Positions 54,929 to 62,540 of a stretch of 64,000 nucleotides of DNA are shown here, piece after piece. The first letter of the stretch is position 1. Each line of letters starts with the position of its first letter. Under the pieces are notes generated by a model. It saw only the letters and a list, made by a program, of their open reading frames with translations, made no database searches and was not told the origin of the DNA. The translations under genes were made by a program, and so were the position numbers. Source of the DNA: a virus (Duplodnaviria > Caudoviricetes); IMG/VR virus record IMGVR_UViG_3300049988_000245, positions 1 to 64,000 of that record; one strand, given 5' to 3'.

Positions 54929-56092
54929 ATGGCAACCTATAACTTTACAGTCCGTGCGATTGATAATTCTGGTGCATTTTCAGATCGCAACTTTGCGATG
55001 ACTGTGAATAACACTCAGGTAGATCGTTTTATCATTTCCACTTATAATGGATTCCTTCGTTCTACCGATGGGACTACTTGGAATCTCGACCAGAATATTT
55101 ATAGCGAACAGGTTCGTTGGGAAAATAACCAATGGATTGGATACTCGTCAAATGCGTACGCCTATACTGGAACTATTCGCACATCTGTCGATGGCTTGAA
55201 TTGGAAAAGCATCACACCCACAGTTCCCTTCAGAGCGGCAATCACTTCGACTGAAGGATTTAGCAACCTTTTGTTTCAGGGTTGGAATTCTATCAAATAC
55301 CGCAAGGGTGCTTGGAGAGGTTTTGCGATCGTCTATGCAACACTCAATTCTACTGGTGTGGTTTGGTACTTGTACGAAGAGTACTCATCTCCTGATCTTG
55401 TTAATTGGACTCCGGTGGGACAAGTAACTGCCAGAGTTGGTACGTCGGTAAATCTTGGCAACGGCGTTGTGGACTTTGATTATGATCCTGCTACGGATAC
55501 GACTGTGGCGTTGTTTTCTAATTATCAACAAGGCGGATGTTTTGGTTATCGTAGAGTTGGCACAGGAGCTTGGGGAAATATTTATATCACAGGTACCAGC
55601 CTGGGAGGTACTGTTCCCCTAGAGTCTTCACGAACCGGTTTTACTTCTTCGACCAGAACAGGAAAAGTGTTCTTCCAAAACGGCGTATGGATTATTTCGA
55701 TCGGTGCGATTCTTGTTTGGACCAGCACGGATGGGAATAATTTTATTACGCGAGACCTGTCTATTTCTTCGGCTGGTATCGGTAATGTGATATACTCGAA
55801 CGGTCGGCTACTTGCATATCCGATGAACTCAACGGGCCTAACCAACCCGCTTCTGCAAAGCACGAATGCGGGCCATACTTGGACAACCCGACCGATCACT
55901 TCGACGCAGAAACTTTTGTCTACTTTTACTTCAAATCAAATGAATCGCCAGAATATTGCTTCCTATGGTGGCACGATTATCGCGATCTCGCCAGCAGAGG
56001 CAAACATCGTCGTTTCGAAGGACGACGGTTTAAACTGGTCTCTGATTAATGTGGGTGGCACTCCAATTAGCATCGCCTCCCGCGAGAGCTAA
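54929..56092 (+). CDS. Second beta-propeller-like receptor-binding protein with N-terminal Ig-completing hairpin
   Basis: Starts MATYNFTVRAIDNSGAFSDRNFAMTVNN; STDG..W, SVDG.NW, SKDDG.NW; AT-rich DNA. Confidence 0.75.
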   Translation: MATYNFTVRAIDNSGAFSDRNFAMTVNNTQVDRFIISTYNGFLRSTDGTTWNLDQNIYSEQVRWENNQWIGYSSNAYAYTGTIRTSVDGLNWKSITPTVPFRAAITSTEGFSNLLFQGWNSIKYRKGAWRGFAIVYATLNSTGVVWYLYEEYSSPDLVNWTPVGQVTARVGTSVNLGNGVVDFDYDPATDTTVALFSNYQQGGCFGYRRVGTGAWGNIYITGTSLGGTVPLESSRTGFTSSTRTGKVFFQNGVWIISIGAILVWTSTDGNNFITRDLSISSAGIGNVIYSNGRLLAYPMNSTGLTNPLLQSTNAGHTWTTRPITSTQKLLSTFTSNQMNRQNIASYGGTIIAISPAEANIVVSKDDGLNWSLINVGGTPISIASRES

Positions 56093-56099
56093 TCCATAC

Positions 56100-56127
56100 A
56101 ACTCCGGGTCCTACGGGACCCGGAGTT
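56100..56127. terminator. Bidirectional hairpin with UACG loop
   Basis: AACTCCGGGTCC-TACG-GGACCCGGAGTT. Confidence 0.75.
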
Positions 56128-56158
56128 TCCGCCTACTGGAGGCTGAAAATGGAGAGAG

Positions 56159-56413
56159 TCAACCCCATCGCATCTTGAAGGCGAACGCGTCATTCTCATC
56201 GGAAAAATAGAATGCGTCGCCTGCATCGATCCAGCGATTGCAATAGGTGGACCTGTGGGACGGGTACAAGACGGGTCCGAACTGCTCCGTGCACCACTCA
56301 ATCATCTCGGGGCTGGCCCCGTCATTAGTCCAGATCAGATGAGGGAATTGCCGATAGAGGTTCTTTTCCCTGATGGCTTGGCGCTTGGCCAACACGCTAT
56401 CCCAAAGGCTCAT
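56159..56413 (-). CDS. Family-F small paralog
   Basis: EMIEWCTEQFG...FYFSDENDAFAFKMRWG. Confidence 0.82.
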   Translation of the reverse strand: MSLWDSVLAKRQAIREKNLYRQFPHLIWTNDGASPEMIEWCTEQFGPVLYPSHRSTYCNRWIDAGDAFYFSDENDAFAFKMRWG

Positions 56414-56631
56414 CAGCCCCACCGCATCTTGCAGGCAAATGCCGTATTTTTATCGGTGAAGTATAGACGCTGGCACTTCTCGGTCGAGTCATATGCCAGC
56501 GTCCACTTACCCTTTTGTTCGGGAAGAGTTAACCAATCCCGAACATAACCGAGATACTTGATTTTCTCTCGATCGAGGATGAAGCTCTCCGGCATCTCGG
56601 TATGTCGATGATGCGGGAGATACTTCGCCAT
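56413..56631 (-). CDS. Family-F small paralog
   Basis: Ends LYFTDKNTAFACKMRWG. Confidence 0.8.
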   Translation of the reverse strand: MAKYLPHHRHTEMPESFILDREKIKYLGYVRDWLTLPEQKGKWTLAYDSTEKCQRLYFTDKNTAFACKMRWG

Positions 56632-57104
56632 CAGATGACGCCGTGCGCCTTCAGGAATGCGATGCACTTCTGCGCGTCGCCGTCGTACCGATAGGCGCGA
56701 CCCCCTGCCTTCTCCCACCGCTTGGTGTTCTTCGACATGTCGTCCACGAGCCAGTCACCGGGCTGCTTCATGTGAAGAGCCTTGTTCTTGGACAGGCAGG
56801 TGATGACCTTCTTGTGCGCGAAGTGGCCATTGGCCCACCACGACATCTTGGACTCGGCAGCGCGCTCGTAGTCCCCCTTGGGGCATCCGGTGAGGACAGT
56901 CGGCTCGACATGCTTGATCGCGTCCCAAAGCTCGATCGCTCCGGGCTTCATCGGCATGTGGGACCAGAACGTGTCCGAGGCGTTCGCCTTGGCCCACATC
57001 TCGTCATCATTCATATCTTTTGGATATTGGCCGAACAGATCGAAGATGTGCTGGTCGAAATCCGCAAAAACGCCGTCAGAATCTACGAATAAGTGGTTTG
57101 ACAT
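56631..57104 (-). CDS. HAD-family 5'(3')-deoxyribonucleotidase
   Basis: FVDSDGVFADF, VLTG, K..W, LVDD..KN...W. Confidence 0.85.
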   Translation of the reverse strand: MSNHLFVDSDGVFADFDQHIFDLFGQYPKDMNDDEMWAKANASDTFWSHMPMKPGAIELWDAIKHVEPTVLTGCPKGDYERAAESKMSWWANGHFAHKKVITCLSKNKALHMKQPGDWLVDDMSKNTKRWEKAGGRAYRYDGDAQKCIAFLKAHGVI

Positions 57105-57181
57105 AATTCCTCCAAAGTCAATTGATGTGCGGATTAAGCACCGTTGTCAACCCTGGAGGCAATTTTCGTGTTACGAAAAAT

Positions 57182-57910
57182 TCACTTGCGGCGAGTCAGT
57201 CTGTCGAGTTCCGCATTCAGGTTGATCACCTTCGGGCGGGAGCCATATGGCTTTCCAGAGATTCGAGCGCGTTCCTGCTCATCTCGGAGCATGGATTGAA
57301 TCTTCTTGATCCGAGCCTTGACCGTTTCGTCTTCTGATTCGTTTTCCACAAGAGCATCATTCAGGTCGGTAATCTTCGGAACCGGGAGTTTTCCACGCTC
57401 CGCGACCATCGCAACCTCCTCGACACCGCGCATGAGGTATTCCTTACCACCCGTGGCGGTGCGGACCTTCAGCGCACAATTCTGAAGCTCGCCGCCCTGG
57501 TCCTCGAAGAACACGCGCATGAGCTTGATCAACTGCGACGCGCTGGCGCCCTCGAAGATCATGTACTGATTCGGGTTGTTCCGATTTTGAGAGGCAACGC
57601 GAATCCAACCTTTGGCGCAGACCGCGTTCATCACGACAGGGTCGCGATCCTTGCCGGTGGCACCATGAAGTTCCTCGGCGGTGACACCGAACTCTTCCGG
57701 GTTCTTCATGACCTGCTGGACGTGGTTGTTGATGCCCACAACAGGGACGAACTCGCCGTTGGCGGAATTGTACCAGCTACGGTAGGCGTACTTGTAAGAG
57801 AGCTTCCAGGCCGCCTCAAGTAGGGACTGGTACTTGCGGCGCTGTTCCGGCTGATGCTCAGCGGCTTCTGCTGTCGAACCAAGTAGGTTCAAAATGCTAC
57901 GAATGTCCAC
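57182..57910 (-). CDS. Late hypothetical protein
   Basis: ATAAATA at 57947-57941; GTG with GGGAG; MDIRSILNLL; LVENES. Confidence 0.65.
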   Translation of the reverse strand: MDIRSILNLLGSTAEAAEHQPEQRRKYQSLLEAAWKLSYKYAYRSWYNSANGEFVPVVGINNHVQQVMKNPEEFGVTAEELHGATGKDRDPVVMNAVCAKGWIRVASQNRNNPNQYMIFEGASASQLIKLMRVFFEDQGGELQNCALKVRTATGGKEYLMRGVEEVAMVAERGKLPVPKITDLNDALVENESEDETVKARIKKIQSMLRDEQERARISGKPYGSRPKVINLNAELDRLTRRK

Positions 57911-58088
57911 AAATAGGACTCCCAAAATGAAATGACTTAATATTTATCCGTTTGGGAGGTTTGGACGGGCTACCAGCCCCACCCAGGGGGCTGGCCCGGT
58001 TTTCCCAGGGAGGGCCAATGGCTGTCCCTGGGTCCTGATGTCGGGGCCGCGTAACTCCGGAGAGCAGAGGGGGCGCACCGACTATTCG

Positions 58089-58319
58089 TCATCCATGCAT
58101 GATCGCGATAACCGCCTGGGTCTCATCGCGGTACCACACCCGAATACGGTACTTGTCGAACGGCTCGATCACCTGCTTTGCGCGGGTAGCCCATTCGATC
58201 TTGTAGATATGCGTGAACCTCTGGAGGTAGTCGAGGGCGTCGAACAGATTTAGACCGACCAGATCGAGGTCGTCCAGGGCACATTGAAGCCCATAGTTCT
58301 TCTGCATTTCCGCGTTCAT
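58089..58319 (-). CDS. Divergent family-F-like protein
   Basis: Ends IRVWYRDETQAVIAIMHG. Confidence 0.55.
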   Translation of the reverse strand: MNAEMQKNYGLQCALDDLDLVGLNLFDALDYLQRFTHIYKIEWATRAKQVIEPFDKYRIRVWYRDETQAVIAIMHG

Positions 58320-58873
58320 GCGGCCACCACGTGGGCATTGTACCCGACATAGCGGAAAAACAGCTTGGTTCCGTAGGAGAGCCACCCCAGATTCTCTTCC
58401 GAGAGCGCCTTGTACGTGAGCGGGTAATCGACCGGCTTCAGATCGACCGTCGCAATGGCCGTCTCATGATCACGCTCGATCACGAACCCGAGGGCGAGCA
58501 GGCGGCGCATCATCCAGCGATTCTGGGTCAGGCATTGAGAAGAGAATCGTTTGGCACGAAAGCGGGACCATTCAACCGCTCTGGCCAGGAGGTTCGCGCC
58601 GTTTCCGGCTTTCCGGAAGGGCTCTTCCACGGACAGGCCGAGGTCGGCGGTTCCGTGGGCAAACGCGACGTGCGCGGCGGCGCGAAGCGTACAGTTTTCG
58701 TCGAAGAATCCGAAAATCGCGTCTTGGGTCAGATCGATCCCAGAGACATACCGGTTGATAGCCTCGTCCGTAGTGGACGATTCGAATCGCATCATGCGAT
58801 CGTTATAATCGAGGCGCTTCAGATGCTCCTCAAATTTCCACCGCTCCATAGGAAGCAGCATACGAATGGTCAT
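58316..58873 (-). CDS. GNAT-family acetyltransferase
   Basis: RMMRF, ADLGLSVE..FRKAG.GA.LL, N..M..L...LGF. Confidence 0.8.
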   Translation of the reverse strand: MTIRMLLPMERWKFEEHLKRLDYNDRMMRFESSTTDEAINRYVSGIDLTQDAIFGFFDENCTLRAAAHVAFAHGTADLGLSVEEPFRKAGNGANLLARAVEWSRFRAKRFSSQCLTQNRWMMRRLLALGFVIERDHETAIATVDLKPVDYPLTYKALSEENLGWLSYGTKLFFRYVGYNAHVVAA

Positions 58874-58973
58874 TGGAAATGCCTCGAAAAATAGCTGAGT
58901 ACCGCTGGGGAAAGCGGAGTATTTATTCAACTACATTTCAAGGCGCAGCCGCAATATTTTCGCGACGTGAATT

Positions 58974-59342
58974 CTAGTTGGCTGGATCGTTGTAGTAATT
59001 CGATACGTACTGGAAGTCGTCCGCCGACATCCGAATCTTCCCGTCCTTCGCGCCGATCGCCAAGGCGAGCAGGACTTTCATCTCTCGGATGTGGTGACCG
59101 TGCCAGTAATAAGTCGCGTTCACACCTGCGAGTTCTCTGAGATTCTTGTCGGCCTTTTGGGTCGCTTGATCCGCCGTGAGGGTCACATCGAGCCCGAAGA
59201 ACTTGCGTGGCTTACTGTACTCAGCGATCCTCTCCTGACGCAACCGGACGCGCTCGGCCTCCCGCCACTCGATGGCGTCTTTCAGAGCCGCAACAACGCG
59301 CGGGGCGCTGACTTCGGCCGAGGTGAATGCCTTGTCGGTCAT
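58974..59342 (-). CDS. Hypothetical protein
   Basis: SD GGAG; TAG stop. Confidence 0.6.
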   Translation of the reverse strand: MTDKAFTSAEVSAPRVVAALKDAIEWREAERVRLRQERIAEYSKPRKFFGLDVTLTADQATQKADKNLRELAGVNATYYWHGHHIREMKVLLALAIGAKDGKIRMSADDFQYVSNYYNDPAN

Positions 59343-59575
59343 CTGTGCTCTCCATAGTCGTTGAATTCGATCCGGCGGGTCTTCCAGGGCTTCCACATGA
59401 GGAGATCGGCGCAGCAGAAGCCGACGCCCCCGGCGAGGTAGGAGTACCAGTTGATCCCGCCAGCCGCCCAGGGAAGCCACGAGATGGCAAAACCGATTGG
59501 CGCGGTCACCGAGGTTCCGATGAGGAATAGCGCGGTCTGCCGGTAAATCTCGTACTTGAGCGGCGTGTTCAACAT
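59339..59575 (-). CDS. Two-TM membrane protein
   Basis: Two hydrophobic segments; ATGA coupling. Confidence 0.6.
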   Translation of the reverse strand: MLNTPLKYEIYRQTALFLIGTSVTAPIGFAISWLPWAAGGINWYSYLAGGVGFCCADLLMWKPWKTRRIEFNDYGEHR

Positions 59576-59597
59576 GAAATACCCCGGATGAATAAAA

Positions 59598-59672
59598 TGG
59601 CGTCCCCTCAGGGATTCGAACCCTGGATCGCGGAGTTAGAAGCCGCTGCCTTAACCGCTTGGCTAAGGGGAC
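59598..59672 (-). tRNA. tRNA with CUA anticodon on a tRNA-Glu-like body
   Basis: GTCCCCT/AGGGGAC acceptor, G73, CCA, 4-nt variable loop; anticodon arm GCGGC-TTCTAAC-TCCGC. Confidence 0.8.
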
Positions 59673-59678
59673 ATACGG

Positions 59679-59752
59679 TGTCTCTGGTCGGGCTCGAACC
59701 GACGACCAATGGAGTTAGAAGCCACCGCTCTGACCAACTGAGCTACAGAGAC
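59679..59752 (-). tRNA. Second tRNA with CUA anticodon, A73, CCA not fully encoded
   Basis: GTCTCTG/CAGAGAC acceptor; GCTC/GAGC D-arm; GTGGC-TTCTAAC-TCCAT; GGTTCGAGCCC T-arm. Confidence 0.8.
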
Positions 59753-59881
59753 ATCCCGTACTTATGTGCTAAACGATCCGGTGATTTTCGTCAAACCAAT
59801 CTGATCTGGATGGTTAACGACCCACCTGAATCTCAAACGATTGCCGCTTAAATATTAGAGACATCCAACTGAGGTATTACC

Positions 59882-60004
59882 ATGGATTCACTGTTTAACG
59901 TCTTCATTGCCGACAAGCTGATCTTCTACCCGTTCGCCGCACTGGTGTTCTACTTCCTCTGCCTCGAAGCAGTCCACAAGACGAAGATCGTTCTACGTCG
60001 CTAA
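59882..60004 (+). CDS. 40-aa late single-TM peptide (not in ORF track)
   Basis: TTAAATA at 59848; SD GAGG; MDSLFNVFIADKLIFYPFAALVFYFLCLEAVHKTKIVLRR. Confidence 0.6.
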   Translation: MDSLFNVFIADKLIFYPFAALVFYFLCLEAVHKTKIVLRR

Positions 60005-60011
60005 AACGACA

Positions 60012-60042
60012 AGCCCGACCAAAGCAATGCTCTGGCCGGGCT
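60012..60042. terminator. Hairpin between convergent small genes
   Basis: AGCCCGACCAAAGC/GCTCTGGCCGGGCT. Confidence 0.65.
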
Positions 60043-60086
60043 ACACTCAGTACGACGTACAGTTCCGTCGAATTTGTATTGCAGTC

Positions 60087-60176
60087 TTAGTTGAAGGTGT
60101 CGATCTCAGCCGAATCGTAGCTGGTGACTTCCATACCAACGCAGACTTCCTGAACGATAGGGGCAGACCACTTCAT
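60087..60176 (-). CDS. pqqA: PQQ precursor peptide PqqA (29 aa; not in ORF track)
   Basis: MKWSAPIVQEVCVGMEVTSYDSAEIDTFN with ExxxY (EVTSY); SD AAGGAG. Confidence 0.95.
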   Translation of the reverse strand: MKWSAPIVQEVCVGMEVTSYDSAEIDTFN

Positions 60177-60214
60177 AGCGTTTCTCCTTAGTGACGTATG
60201 TTAACGTCTCGTAC

Positions 60215-60243
60215 ATAATAAGGTTGCGCGCAATTCTTTTCAA
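60215..60243 (-). promoter_or_regulatory. Near-consensus sigma70 promoter of pqqA
   Basis: TTGAAA-N17-TATTAT; spacer contains palindrome TTGCGCGCAA. Confidence 0.7.
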
Positions 60244-60397
60244 GCACAAAGATTCTTAGGAAATCATTATTTTCGCATTCCCATCAAATGATGAATTTTG
60301 CGACAAAATGCCATCTTTTGATGCACCCCAAATATCTGATTTTGGAGATAACGGGCGTCCGCATCGACCCTGCTGCACATGGTGTTGCAGGCGCCCG

Positions 60398-60428
60398 GAC
60401 CGCTCCCAGAGTCGTTTTGGGAGCGGTC
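60398..60428. terminator. Hairpin downstream of the 60466-61041 gene
   Basis: GACCGCTCCCAGA/TTTGGGAGCGGTC. Confidence 0.55.
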
Positions 60429-60465
60429 ACTAGGGGGTCAGCCAACCTAAGGCTGGACGCCTCCG

Positions 60466-61041
60466 TTACGCGGCGAGAGCCACATCCTTGACCTCCTTCG
60501 GTGTGATCCGAGCCGAACCGTCTGCGTTCAGTGTCAGCGTACAGTGGCGGAAACGGATCGCACCCTTGGTGGAGGGGTGATCGGGGGTCTCTCGGGTGGT
60601 CCCGGTGGTGGCCGAGAAGTCCACGTGATGGACGTAGTAGGATTTGCCCTTCGTCTTGAGCACCCAGGCGGGGAGCGAGGGGAACTCAATCGAGCCCTTG
60701 TTGAAGTGGAAGTCCACCATGGGGCAGTTTTCCACCGTCAGGGGGAAGCTTGCCATCTGATCGGCCATCTGCTGGTCCATCGCCAGGATACGCGCCCAGC
60801 GCTGCTTGGCCGAGTCGAGAAGCGTCATCGTCTTGAACGCCATGATGGATTGGAAATGAAGCTCGCGCTGGAGCTTGCGCGTGGCATCCGCACCGGGGTT
60901 GGTCCGGGCCATCCGCTTGAGCTTCGCCCGATCGGCGCGAATCTTCTTTGTCTGGTGCGCGTAGAGGGCGCGCCACGTCTGGCGCCAGGACTTGTACTGC
61001 TCGGGGGTGGTGAAGGTCGGGTGCATTGCGTGAGCGGACAT
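60466..61041 (-). CDS. Hypothetical protein
   Basis: SD AAGGA; N-terminal helices, C-terminal VDFHFNK...YYVHHV...TRETPD.P.TKGAIRF. Confidence 0.7.
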   Translation of the reverse strand: MSAHAMHPTFTTPEQYKSWRQTWRALYAHQTKKIRADRAKLKRMARTNPGADATRKLQRELHFQSIMAFKTMTLLDSAKQRWARILAMDQQMADQMASFPLTVENCPMVDFHFNKGSIEFPSLPAWVLKTKGKSYYVHHVDFSATTGTTRETPDHPSTKGAIRFRHCTLTLNADGSARITPKEVKDVALAA

Positions 61042-61051
61042 GGTCGATTCC

Positions 61052-61321
61052 TTACTGTGTGATCGTGGGGTTCTTGATTCCGGCCCACCGAATACGAAAA
61101 TGGAAGGCCGTGTTCTCATCGCTGAAGTAATACAACTCGTATCCATCAGCGTGGTACCAGTATCCGGGCTGATCGGTACACCATTCCCGGAGTTCTTTAC
61201 TGTAGTTGAAGTTCCTTTTTCCCAAATAGACTTTGTGGACTTTTCCCCACTTCTTTCGAATGTGGTTAAGGAGAAAATCTTTGTGCCGCATCTCTGGTGG
61301 TCGGTTCTCGTAATTCGTCAT
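61052..61321 (-). CDS. Family-F small paralog
   Basis: ELREWC...YYFSDENTAFHFRIRWA. Confidence 0.8.
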   Translation of the reverse strand: MTNYENRPPEMRHKDFLLNHIRKKWGKVHKVYLGKRNFNYSKELREWCTDQPGYWYHADGYELYYFSDENTAFHFRIRWAGIKNPTITQ

Positions 61322-61323
61322 GA

Positions 61324-61899
61324 TCACTTCCACCTCAGTGTGTACATGATCGCGTCATGCTGGTACTCGAACGCGATACCTACGGTGGTGGAACAGCCCG
61401 AGGCCCATCCCACACGCTTGTGCTGGCCCATGCAGGTGTCGGCCAACCAAACTTCGATTTCCTGAAGCTTCTTCACGTCGAAGCGGATGACCTTCATCAG
61501 GTACCAACTTGGGTCGATCTGGAGCGTCGCCTTCAGGGAGGCCATCTGCGCCTGATCCTCCCATTTCTCAGTGCCGACGAAGTTCGAATCCGTGTAGCCG
61601 TATTCGCCCGGCTCCCACTGATCCGCCTCGGGTAGCGCACAGATGCGCGTCAGGCCCTCGTGGAGCTTGGCGAGCAGTTCCGGGTCATTGGCGTTGCCTT
61701 CTTCCTCGAACGCCACGCCAGGGCTGTCGAAGGTCACCTGAAGGTAGGCGTCCTTCGTGAGGGAGAAGAACAGGGAGGAATTGTACTGACGGTCGATCGA
61801 ACACCCGATCTCGGTGTCCTCCGCGTCGAGTTCGGCGTCGTCTGGTAGGGCTGGAAGGCGGGCGAGCAGAGTCGCCCAATCTCTTTCGAGATCAGTCAT
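61324..61899 (-). CDS. Family-F domain with acidic N-terminal extension
   Basis: EIEVWL...IAFEYQHDAIMYTLRWK; SD GGAG. Confidence 0.75.
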   Translation of the reverse strand: MTDLERDWATLLARLPALPDDAELDAEDTEIGCSIDRQYNSSLFFSLTKDAYLQVTFDSPGVAFEEEGNANDPELLAKLHEGLTRICALPEADQWEPGEYGYTDSNFVGTEKWEDQAQMASLKATLQIDPSWYLMKVIRFDVKKLQEIEVWLADTCMGQHKRVGWASGCSTTVGIAFEYQHDAIMYTLRWK

Positions 61900-62102
61900 G
61901 GAGGTCTCCGGAATGTGATGGGGTTGAAACGCAGAAACGCCCGCCGCCGGAATCAACCGGTGACGAGCGTCAGATAGGCAAACTGTGGGCGAGCAGGCGA
62001 AACGGCCGGTGATCCGGGCCAGGAACGCGATGATCGCGGAAAGGCGGTTCTACAAGGTCATGAGGGGAATCTAGCGCAGCCGTGTCGGACTGGCAATATG
62101 AT

Positions 62103-62540
62103 TTATCTGCCTGTGCACCACGTAATTTTGAACTGCATCGCGGTTGCCAAATCCTCGAACAGATAGTGTTTGCGAACGGCGTCACCTCGCCAAAGCGTAG
62201 GTGGATTCCCGGCAATGGCGCGAGACCCTAGGCGCTGCCTCATCGTGCGCTCATCCGTAGTCAGATCGACGAGCGTTTCCCAGCGCTTTACCACACCGGT
62301 TCCGCAATCATACGCCCAGCTTTCAGGCGTATCGAAGCCGCTAGATCGAGATGGGAAGCGGCGCGTTGTCATGAACCTATCGAGACGAGAAACTTCGTGG
62401 AAATGGTGTTGATTCTGGATCAGCGCGATAACCTGTGCATCCAAATCCCATTCGTCTGCCCACATGATCCGGCAAGGGTTTGGTCGGTCTCGGTCGCCAC
62501 GCTCGGTGCGCCAAACACCATCCGAACCCTGCCACCACAT
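62103..62540 (-). CDS. Family-F domain protein
   Basis: Ends YLFEDLATAMQFKITWCTGR. Confidence 0.7.
   Translation of the reverse strand: MWWQGSDGVWRTERGDRDRPNPCRIMWADEWDLDAQVIALIQNQHHFHEVSRLDRFMTTRRFPSRSSGFDTPESWAYDCGTGVVKRWETLVDLTTDERTMRQRLGSRAIAGNPPTLWRGDAVRKHYLFEDLATAMQFKITWCTGR

Noticed and set aside
49704-56092. Diversity-generating retroelement acting on the fibre or head genes
   Set aside because: No reverse transcriptase in the window and no template/variable repeat pair differing only at adenines.
59588-59851. 87-aa plus-strand ORF
   Set aside because: It is the antisense reading of the two tRNA genes.
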